From contig JYFJ02001843.1 in assembly GCA_000934665.2 (NCBI GenBank), positions 1-64,000 on the forward strand: a stretch of DNA of 64,000 bases, given 5' to 3'. Shown piece after piece: positions 26,101 to 38,100 of this stretch. The stretch is from Catajapyx aquilonaris. Lineage: Eukaryota. Every line of letters starts with the position of its first letter. The stretch's first letter is position 1. Both the position numbers and the translations under genes were made by a program. A model generated the notes under the pieces. The model saw only the letters and a program-made list of their open reading frames with translations. It was not told where the DNA came from and did not search any database.

Positions 26101-29100
26101 AGTCGATTTAGGGCCAGGGGATGCCTAGGGTCTCGAATAGAACTGTCTGTCCGTGTGATTCGAGTATTAAGCAATTAGAGATTAAGTCGGAGAATAATCG
26201 TGACAGAACTAACTGTTATAGTTTCAATTGTAACTTCGCCGAACGACCATTGGTTTTCTGTAAGGTGTGTAATAATTTTCTGCAACAAAAAGAACATGTA
26301 TTATTTGCGTGTACATACTGTACAATATTATTTTGCAAATAATATCCAAGAAAATTTATCCGAGCTGAAATCTACACTGGTTTTTATATCGGAACCCAAG
26401 CGAACTGATTAAACGTGCCCGACGGATACCTTCAATTAATTATGAAGACCTGATCCGGCCAGACCGGATTAATAATACACAACTATACTCTCCACACACA
26501 GGAATTAGCACGCCCGGATTTCATATTTCCGTAGTTTTTTTTCACAAATTATTATCTCGAAAGCTCTGCAAATGTATTCCGTGCTTGAATATTTTCCAGC
26601 TTTTTCCATCCCGGTCCACCGCATTTTCTAGTCTCCGTGTCCGAATTAATTGGCGCATATCTGCAACCATAGCTACAGGGTAATTTTTTTTGCGAAAAGC
26701 TCTCCGGGTCATTTCTGGGTACAGCCAACCCGAATTGCACCTCATCCTGCATAAGTAAAATTCATTGCTGTGTACGTCGTTAACGGGATGAATTTTCAAT
26801 ATTTTTCGACTCTACATTTTAGGCTTGTTTTGGGTCAATATCCACTAGTGAGTGGATGATTTGCAGTTATGACTCACTTTGTACTTGGACAGGAAGGATA
26901 CTTACCAGTGTGATGGGAAATGACATCAACTAGGTCGTCCAAGAAGAAGTAATTTGCCGAATCCGGAACGCCCGTGGGAAGTCTCTCTCTGCAAAGAAAA
27001 ATGGACATGGAGGTAGAAAATAGTTTTTAGCTCGAAATAAATGGTTGAACATTAAGTGTAAGGGGGTGGGAGGAGAGAAGGAGGAGGATTGGATTTGACA
27101 CCGGGGAGAGTGCAGGAAGCGGAAATAGCTCGGGTTGTTTTATCCTGACTGCTGTGCTTGGGGACTGCTTGGAATTACAAAACACGGTCCATTTGCTTTG
27201 AGCGAATGTTTACAGTTTTATATTGAAAGGAGACTGGGGGGAAGGAAGGGTTGGGAGTGTGGGGAGGAAAAAGCTTCAAAGTGGACCTCCAACTTGTATA
27301 GGATGGCATCGTGCCAGAAGCGGTTATGGTTCCTTCCTTTTCCCCCCCTGCCCTGTATAGAGTTATAAAAGAGGCTTCTGAAGGAGATGAGGGGGAATGT
27401 TCAGACAGCTTGAAGATGAATTGAGGTAATATGCATTAGGGGAAGTAGCCTTAGATTTGTAAACAGATTATGTAAGTTATTTTTCCGCTGATGCTAACGG
27501 CCGCCTGTATAGAGGCCGCAAAAAATAAGTGCTCGTTGTAATGGAGTAATTTCATAATAGCTTGTGGCATATTAATCAGGACCGAACAGGGCGAAAGCTT
27601 ATGAATTCTGCACCTAAATTGCGTTCTTTCATTTATAGCCATTTGCTAAAGCAAAAGGAATTAAGTCAACACTGCTGCACTTGCTAGTTTTGCTTTAGCT
27701 ATTACTACAGTATATTGTAGTAATAGGTAAAGCAAAACTAGCAGTGTTGCCTTTTCCATTGAATGCGGGCTAATATTGGCTTATGCAACGCAGAGAATCA
27801 TCATAATATTATGACGGGAGAATCTGGTGTCATTATATTGAGGAAGGACATATATAGGTATAATTACTGCATGTGCATTCATTTTAAATGAAGCTCCGTA
27901 CCGCAATTTAAATTAGCAGCTAATTTCAAGGAGCAGTTGAAATTAGGTCAGACGTCAGAGATTAATTAGTAACGCTAAGCATACCCCCGACAGCTCAAGA
28001 GTAACTGCGTATGCTAGCAATATACCATTATGTAGACAGAATTTCTAAGTCTTGTTAACAAGAGGTAAGCAAGAAGAACTGAAAAGTGAATTAAATTATG
28101 CATTTAAAGCTTTCCCATCCTGCTTATAAATAATATAAACTTGCATTAGATCTTGTCCTGACTATACAGGGTGGTCAAAGTTCAAGTGTCGTTTTATAAC
28201 GGCGATTAATAGCAGTGATTTTGCGATGACGTAGCAGCGACGCGTAAAATGTCCCACTTCGGCGCATCTTCGGCGCAATCGAAGTGGGCAATTTTACACG
28301 TCGCTGCTACGTCATCGTTAAGCGCTTCTATTAATCGCCGTTATAAAACGACACTTGAACTTGGACCACCCTGTATATACACAAGAAGACAAACCTGATG
28401 TCTTCCGTTTGATGTCAAAGCTATACAGTATAAGAAATCATCTAAATGTTTAATATCCAATGAGATGCACTCGCGAAGGGAATATCATTTATTGAGTTTT
28501 CACAGAAATTGTTTAGTGTGCTAAGAAAATTCGTCAAAGAAGTCTGCAGCCAACAAAAATGAACTACTGCGTAAAGGTATATAAGACGTATATAGACAGC
28601 TGGAGTGGATATATCTTGTTACTTCTCTTCAGAACCCGCAGCAACAAAACGACGCCTATACATTTTGCGAAAACCCGAGACAAGGAAACGCTTTCTGCGC
28701 CATTTCTGCCTCATAGCTTCAAGGTATACGGCTTCTATAATAAAAAAGACCCTGACATGTTCCTTTTTGAACTGGTTTACAAAGAGAAAGATGGAAGCCA
28801 CATCATTGTTTTCACGAGCTTTTCGAATAATTTTACTCCTATAAAAATACAGGGTGTATCGTAATGATTTGGACAAATAGTAGATATTAAAGGGGGACAA
28901 ACTCCTGGAGCGAACTGTAGCTTATTAGTTTTCCACACTCTGAGTTAACTGGAGTTAATTAGAGGGTGCAAAAACTACAGTACCCACAGACACCTGTGCC
29001 CCTCCACTCCACACTAGACACCCTGACTGCCTAAGCGATCTGATTGGTGCAGCAGAGATAAGGGGCATCTGCTCCACCAATCAGATCGCTCAAGGAATGG

Positions 29101-32100
29101 TTGGTACAGTGTGGTCCATAAGAAATCCTATTCTGAAACCTTACCGTGTAACCACAGAAGTCGCAAATATTTAGGGCATGCCTATTAGGAAGTGGGTACT
29201 ACACACATAGCAAGATGGAACCTACGATACTTCCATCACCATACCTACATTTTCTGACCCCATATTCCCCATCCCCTAACCAGAAAAAAAATAGTACGAT
29301 CCTGAATCATTGGGGCGTAACATTCCCGTGGTTAACTGAGCCAACAAAGGTCGATCGGACCGCGGAGTGACGTGAGTTCCGAGTGCGCTGTCGCAAAAAC
29401 GGAGTGGACGCACCTGACACGTTCATGGCAGGCAGCGAAGGACACTCCGGACTGGGGGGGGGCTGTGGACATGTCCGCTGAGGGGACATAAATTTTGGGG
29501 ATGGGATTTGAGGGCCGTACCGCGGAGGAAGCTGACTGATTGCGGGACTGAAACAAGCAGATTTTTCCTCTGAGTGTGGTCAGTGTCATGGGAACGGCCG
29601 ACAGATGACACTCGGGAAAATTTGTCGTCTGGTGTCACCTGTTGGCCACATTCCTAACTAACCTTTTCTCTTAATTGACTTTTTTTTCCCCCTGCTTGGG
29701 TTTTTCCCAAGTTTCTTTCCGCATTTGAATTAACCATCAATTGAGTCTTGTGGCTGCTGCCACAACCTTTTGGCTTCCAAGCCAAGGCCCTGTTTGATAT
29801 TCTGACCACCCGTAAATGGGCAAAACCGAGTGTAAAAGGGTCAGTCCGTGTGGAGAAGAGTCGCAAAAAAAAAAAAAACTGGACCTAGAAAAAAAAACTT
29901 GTTGTGGGTCAGTCCTGTGGGATACCTGATAGCTCTGCAGCAACATTGCGGATATACACTGTGGCGTGATGCTGAGGGTCGAGTGAATAGCTGGACCGTG
30001 ACTTGGGGACCTGACGGACGGATTAACTCGAACCACAAATGAATAGAGATAAGACCCACCACCATCCCCCCCCCCTTCTCTATTTTTGGATAGGGGGGGA
30101 GTTATGTGAAGGGTAGATCGATTTCTGATGCACTGAAAAGGCTTTCGTTTGGATGGAAATTAGCGGAGGAAAAGGAGCATGGCGGTCACGTTTGAGATTG
30201 GATTATACAGAGAGAGAGAGAGAAGAGAAAAGGCGCGCGTGGGCTTGATTGATGACGTGGACCCGCAGAGGAATTGCGTTGGAACAGAACAGACGAAATG
30301 TGATGAGATTTCCCAGGCTCTCATTACGAAACGGGGAGGAGAAGAAGAAGGCTGGAAGGAGTGTCCTTTCTTCTTTTTTTTCATCATTTTTATTCAATTT
30401 TTTGCGAGGAAAATTAGGCTGGAGCGGCACCTTTTTGCATTGGGGATTTGTAATAATATCAGGCTTGTACTGCTCAGAGATGAAAAGCACTCGAAATAAT
30501 GAGAGCCTGCATAGACTTATTGGGAACTAAGTTTTTTTTAGTCATTATTATTTCACTTCAGTTGAATCAGTGAGGCTAATAAATAACACTAGCCTACTAG
30601 TGAAATTGAATTGAATAAACGATGGGTTGAATTTTCGTCCCATTTCTAGTTACTGCTAACTTAGTAGTACCACTGCCAACACTGGTACTGCTATAAGTTA
30701 GCAACAACTAGTAGTGAGACAAAAATTCCACCTGTTTTTTGTATACTATAGCAATAATTCAACTGCTGAGAGAGTCAATCCACTTATGCTCAAAACAAAG
30801 CAAAGCGTGCAAGAATATGCTTAACAAATACGATCAATTTTTGCTGCATTGCCACTTTACCGTTATGAATATTTTGGCAGCGATATCCAACGAGCGGTAT
30901 TAATTATTAATTTAGGAAATGAGCGGCACGTAACTGCCTATATCCGCAGTATGGAAAGCGTTATTAGCCTAATCAGCTAAATAGCTAATGCAATTGTGTG
31001 GTGTATATACGCGTCGGGGAGTCCTTTTCTAAGCCGGTAAGCATTTGATGGATTATGCCGAGTCAATAATTTCGTAGATTGAATTCATGTAAAAGTGACG
31101 GCTTGGTACGTAACGTAATCAGCAGTAATAGCAATTTGGAGCACAGATTGGGTTTGCTGTTGAAGGAGTTCCAAACATTAGAGCGACATAAATGATAATT
31201 ACTGCGCACTCATGCAATGTCAATCTTAATGCTTAGTCCCGTTGTATCAAAGGCAAATTAATTATATGTAATTTTTGTAATGTGACATTTTATTTACATG
31301 GCGATCATACAGCTCTTAGGACATTTTATGTGGTGCAATATCATTATTTTCAAAGCAATTAAAAACCCTTCATTAAACTCTTTCAATTAGACTGCCTTTT
31401 AAAGGGAAATGCTGCTTGCAAGCGCTATATATGTAACTTTTTTCCATCATTTGCCAAATTAAATAGCTTCCCATATGATTAAACGAGTAGGTTTAATCGG
31501 ATTAATTTCATCTTGTTATGTCAACCGCGTCACTATCCCGCGATCAGTTCGGAAACAAAAAAAAAAGAAAAAAAGAAATTCCTGTCCTGCGTGTACATCG
31601 CGCAACGAGATAAGTCCGATCCTGATCCGGTTTAATCCTACTTGCGCGTAATCACGTTCGCCGAAACGAAATCCGGGATTGTGTGGTATTCCCCGGTGTA
31701 ATCCTACCTTCCGGGGCAAAGGACACTTTAAGCCATCGGCCATTAATCCGCTTTGCAAATTCAATGGTCACCCCCCCCTGGTTGAGTGCAGATAGGTTTT
31801 TGGGGGGGGAAGGGAGGGAGGATGGGGGACGAGGAGACTGAATTATACACGGTCGAGGCTTCCTGCGATTTAGACCTGCTTTAGCACAAGATCCAGACGC
31901 AAAACGACGCTGCAAATTTGTGCAAATAACACTTCAACCTACAGGGTGGTGAACACCCCAAAGTAACTTTGTTCGGTAAGGAGTTAGCCGAAGAGCGCTA
32001 CATAAAAATGATTAAAGTGCAAATATTTTCATATAGACCTAATATAGACTATTCAGCTCTGTATCAAACCTTAGCATAACCAGACTGACAACAGAAATAA

Positions 32101-35100
32101 AATTCCAATGCCTTTTAGGCGAGGAAAGTAAATGGAGAGGGACAGACGACAAAGACTATTAGCATCTTGCCTAAGGGAGGATAGAAAAACTTTTTGGTAG
32201 GAAAAAAATAAACTGTTAAAAGCAAGTGGCAGACTCTCTTTATTTGTAAAAAGAAAAGAAAAATCCAAGCTAATCCTCAGGCGAGCTTGGAAAACGGGCG
32301 GCATTAAAACTTTCACTTGCTAATAGGATATTTAATCAAGTTCTGATGAATATGCAACTATTCTGCGAGGCCAATTCGCAACTCCCATTCAATACGGGGA
32401 ATAAGTCCGGCAAATAGAAAAATTGCAAAGTATTCAGAATCCGGCCTGAAGATTTTCATTTGCATTTTTATGCAGTCCGTATATATATCCATGAGAAAAG
32501 GCGGCCTGATTAGCATGAAATGGCGTTAAATTAATCCTCATTGAGCCACTTGCTGGTTTTATTTAATTACAAGTACTTTTAATCTGAAGCATTGGGCAAT
32601 AGCTTTCAACTTGTACAGTACTGTACAACCTGATACTGCAGAAATTGTAAGTGTTCTGCTCTTACGTTAGTGAATTACCTTGTGTATGATCATATCAGAA
32701 CTTGAATTGTCGGTTTCATTGTTACTATGTTGCGACATCATTGCTCAATTTCGTGAGCCTCAAATGTATCATAACATTTGTATGTGTATATGAAAACGCG
32801 GCTTATTATAATACCAACGAGTGGCGATGTCAACAACATGCCAAATTAAAGCTTGTTAAAACCCTGCATTGCCCGTACTTGCAGCATTGACATGTCATAT
32901 CACTAATGGGATTGCAAATGCCAGCATTTTCATGGCAGCCGGACAATAATTAATCGCATTCTTCATGCAATAAATCAAGTTTTTTGCAAATAAAAGGAGT
33001 ACATTCTGGTGTAACAAGCAATATCAGTTTATTGACAGTACAGGATCGTTCTGTTGAATTACCGGCGACTTTTTGTCTTTTGAGTCCAGAGCATGTGATA
33101 GGACTACCATTTACTGTCAGCAATAGAGCAAGACTATACAACAATTCGGTTCCAATGTTTACACTTTTTATCGCTGCCTTATATAACGGCAGACCCTGGA
33201 AAAAAAGGATTCTCCTGAAGTCGATGCAATTTTCCCAGGCCTGTTGCGGACTGGGAAGGAATTTTTTCCGGTCTTTTTTTTGTGTGGTTGATCGCATAGA
33301 AGGGAGGTTTCTATTGTGCACTCGGTACCGGAATGAGCTTAGATTCGTCAAGTAGAGAAATTGAAGTTGTCGAGCCAAAAGCTGACCCATTTATTCCCTC
33401 ATCGCGCCAAAAGGAGAAGCCCTTGGATTACACGCAGAAGACATATTATTTTATTCAAAAATATTCACACGCACTAGACACACTCTAGAGAGCAGCTCAC
33501 TGTGGATGAATTTTCTACGTATGTAAGGCAAAAATAATAATTATGTTTCCCTGTGCCGGGCAACAGAATTTTGTTGGTGATTACCATAGAAACAGGCCGT
33601 GCGAAGAACGGGTTCCACTGCTATAAAAATGTAAATTCTGGTTTTGCAAGTTGAACAAATCGAGAAGCTGTTTTTTTTTCATTAATGATGTGAGGAGTGA
33701 GACCATGCTGCTTGCAATATTTTAGCACGTCTGTTGATTTCCCATCATGCGGCTATTAATATCTCGCCATATTAATTTTCCAAACTCGTCACGTCGTAAT
33801 ATTAATTTCCGGGGCCTAAAACTCGCACGTCTCATGCATAAATAACCTTAGCCATTTACCCACGCCAAGAAATGAACATTTCGCAGAAGAAAAGAAGCTG
33901 GATGATGAAGTCTCTAACACAACTGCCACTGTCGCAGGTCATTAATTTTGGAAAAAAAATATATATATATAAAAAATTTTATATCCGCGGAAAGTCATGT
34001 GACAACCGAGGCACCGCCCTCATTCCGTCCCTTGAAATAATCATGTCGCAAGCGACGTAAAACAAGCCCGTAGCTTTGAAACATGTATCTGCCATCCACA
34101 CACTCTGAACTTTGCAGGACAACGATGCATTTTTAAGACCTTTTTTTCTGTCCGTCTCTCATAGTATAACTTACCTCACCGCTGTTTGCACTTGCAGGGT
34201 TTCTGTTCGAAGCAGCGAGTCCAGCGCCTCTCGAAGTAGGTCATTCTGCAATATACAAAGAAAGAAAGAAAAAAAGGAAAACTGATGATTGTGCACTGAG
34301 AGGCGTAAATCATCCTGACATTTCGTCAGATACATCATTTTGAAAGTGTCTTTAAGGGCACAAAGGGAAAACTTTTTTGGGGGGTCTAAAGACATGGGAT
34401 GGACTTGGCCAGGTTTTTCTCTGGCTCTGGACCAAATAATTTGGTGGGACAATCTGGGACTTATGTTGCATCAAAAACCATTTGAATAAGCTCACACCTT
34501 TTCACTGATCATACATTTACACTCAATAAAACCACACATGTTGCTTACAGATCGTAATATTATTTGAGCACAAACCACAATTACTAAGTTTCTCAGCACA
34601 AAATCAATAGCTCTGCGCTCATATATTTTTGGGCTACTCAATAATCCAGTGGTACATCCATTTATACAGAGGGTAGTGCGCCCAAGGGATGTTATGACTT
34701 CCTTAACCCAGCAACCATATTAATATTTGAAATATTTATTTGCAACAGTCGGGGCTAAATTCACTGTAATCTGCTTGTACGTGTACTTGTGCAGTGTATG
34801 TTCTGCCTGTTTCAAAACACGTGTAAAAAGAGTCAGCCAATATGTGCTTAATTGATTACATTAAATTGCGCTTTCCCTACACTCTCCCTTAATCAGTTTT
34901 CCTGATTTCCCACATGCAATGTGGCACCCATGATGTCGGATACGCTATATATATTTTTTCGTTAATGGCAAGCCTGGAAGCTGAAGGCCTCCAGTGAAAC
35001 ATCGACTGTAGGCCATACTTTTTTTTCTCTCATTTACTATGTGCGCTGTGCTGCAGGCAATGAGATATTATTAGTCAGAATATACACTGCTCACAGGCAT

Positions 35101-38100
35101 ATATGGTACGCTCTGTAGTTAAATTTAGGTTCGCTCTCTCGCAAATTCTTTACACAAAAAACGTTGTTATTCTTCGGAGCTGATCCGCGAGCTCGAATCC
35201 AAATCACAACGTGTTTCTGCGTCGTAATCAGTTTCCAACTTCAAATGTCGTCTGATTGTTCCCCTGATTTGGTGCTTGGGTCTTGACAAGGCTGAACTTG
35301 AGGTAAAGGGGCAGGTTAAAACTCGTGGAAACTCTGCTCTTCCCTCGGTAAACACTAATTCGTTTTGCAAAAGGTGAGGTAGTCTCCTAGTTTCTGCCCC
35401 CTCTTCATATGCTTTGAGGCAGACCTTGACTATAAAGTTCGTGCGGATTTGGAGAGCGCTGCAAACATTTTGGCCGATTCAGTGTTTTCCTCATTAGAGG
35501 GTATCGTTTGGAGTAATGTTGGTTCAGGTGCCCTTTCACGTCAATTCCAGACTTTCTTTGACACGTGATAAGCAGACTGAGTGACCTACCGCAATTTATG
35601 TTACGTGTTTTGCATCCTTAGACTGAAATTATTGAAATACATTTCAGAAGAATTTTCCGCTCTTTTCAACTCTCCCCCGCATGTTGCTCTGCAATATTTC
35701 AATAGACTGAAAGCAATTTGACGCTGAAAATTAGGCCACCCGTCTCATCCATTACAATATGGCGACAGTGTTTTGGCGAATTTTTCTCTCAAGCAGCACC
35801 CCCCCCCCCCACATGATGTATAGAGCCGGGCTATTCGTTTGGGCTACACTTACAGAGGCGACATTGCACTATTGTCTCTGGCACAGTTTCCTGGCAACGT
35901 TCCGTGATTTCCACTCCCCCCAAAATCCGGAATCCGGGTTTGTAATTATTATTTTTTTCTTTCCCAACTCCAATTTAGTCCTGATGATAAATCATATTGT
36001 CTGGAACAAAGGTTGGGGCAACAAAACTGCTTTTTTGGACAACCCCAAGAACTAGTCGAAAAAAATGTCCGGATTTGAGCAATACCTAAGATACTCTAGA
36101 AGAGTCCAGAGACAATTTCAAGATTTTAAACCCCCGTATTTTTTTTCACCGAGCTCAGCCATAAAACTGGTCACATTCTGGAGGAAACCATGTCCAAATC
36201 TGCTTTTTGGATATGTTCCAAAGTAATTTACTTTATGTCATCCATTTTTTAGCTCCCTCTTCATGGTCCAACTTGGGTGTCCTGGGTCAAATGAGACAAG
36301 CTTGATGTCCCGACTTCATTTACAGTCCCCCCCCCACCCCACCAACCAAAACTTACTCTTCCATCCAAATGATATATATTTTTTTTGCACCATATTCTCA
36401 GAGGTAAAGTGCAGCAGTTGGCAAGTCGAGCAGGAGACATTTTCGAGCCACACTACTACCACTTTGGCCGAAAAGTTTCCCTAACCTTGTTTGTTTGTCT
36501 CTGGAGAGTGGGAAGCAGAGGGATTACCGGGAATAAGTTTTGGGAGGCTTGATGTCTTGCTGAGACCCGAATGCCTTGTTTACTGGTGTGCTGTTTTCAA
36601 AATGTCGGCTGTGAAAATGGTTGGAAGGTTTATGGAATGGTTGGTAGGACTGCTGGGTGACTCTAAATGTTCTGCATTAAACTTTTTTTTTCTCTCTCTC
36701 TCTCAGGATCTATCCTACACATTTCTTTAAAATATTCATTTCTTTTGTATACTGAGGAAGTGCCTGAAGCACAAAGTTTGTTAGATATCTGTCAGGAACA
36801 AGCCTTCCCCTGCCATTCATCAGCAATTCTGATATTTCCAACTCCCGGGAGCGCCTCATTTCGTTCCCAATATTCCGGCGATAAGAGTTTCAGATATGAA
36901 GCCACGTGGCTCCAGGCAAATCGGCCAAGTCTGATACAGATATCTCACCCTGGTGCTGCAGGAACCTTTCTTTTTTTTTCAAAAGAAACCAAAAATATTC
37001 CACTTTCCCCTTCAAAAAAAGTTTTCGTATGTATAGTATACGGAATTGGACCCACTGCCTGCTGGTATAGTAATACCTCCCGAAAGCTGGACTGGGCCCC
37101 CCGGATTTCATAGCATGTCGTAAAATCTGTATCCGAGAGCTGAAAGATGCGGAGACATAAAATTATAATTCGGGTCCGTTTGGGACAAGGTGCAGCTGCC
37201 CTTAAATAATGGAAGTATTTTTTTTCCTTTCTTTCTTTTTTTCCCCCCTCCAAAATGGAGAAGGAGCCAACTGCGCAACATGGAACACTGGGAAAGGATC
37301 CAATGCTGCCAATCAATACGAGTTTCATATCGGTGTCGAACAAGGAGTGCCAACAATCCCACTGATCAAGTCGTGCTTCGGAATACAATTGAGGAGAAGC
37401 TGGAATTTTTATAATTATTTTTAGTGATCCACTATAAGGATTTTCCAAGGTCAAAAAGACTCATTTACTTGTATAATAGCAGTTCTTTTACAGTAGCAGT
37501 TATTTATAACAGGAGTTCCTATACATTAGCCGTTTTTTACAAGGAGTGTTTCTTATTTTTGGAAAGAGTAACCCCTACTGGCGTTCGGGAGGCGGCAGGG
37601 TGAGTGGTGGCTGGGGGCAGCTTGGCTAAAGATTGATTATTTTTTTGGAGTTTGGAAGGGGTATGCTGTACCAACCTAACCTAACCAAGCCTAACCTTCC
37701 TTCCTTGCGAATACACGCCCATCATTTATCCTTGCCTTTGCGACACAGCCGGCTGCCCCCACCGACTTCTACCCTCCCGCCTCCCGAACGCCAGTAAGGT
37801 CAACTATATCCGAAAAATTACCTGATAGCAATGATCAAGGGACAGGAAAAAGAGGCGTTAAAAGCTGCGGGTAAGCGTTATACAGTATCAAGGTTTTACT
37901 GTATTTTGAACTTTGAGATACATTTTGGCGAAATTAATTCTCCCTGACGGAACCTAACTTATGGAATGTCTTGTCTGAGACTAAACGAGTACAACTGCTG
38001 TCGAATCGTTACGTTTACAATGCATGATCCGGTCTTGCATAAAGTGGCCGGAAACTGAGGCATATCCTTCCAGAATAATCCGTCTCCTGAGTAAAATTAG

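Noticed and set aside
29746..29815. tRNA/SINE-like stems on the minus strand (TTGGC-TTGGAA-GCCAA; TGTGG-CAGCAG-CCACA)
   Set aside because: No TTC/B-box, 6-nt loops, and no convincing D-arm or acceptor stem.
31940..31960. Solo TACAGGGTG Tc1/mariner-like ends (also near 10310, 28848, 43255)
   Set aside because: No matching opposite termini identified; too short to call elements.
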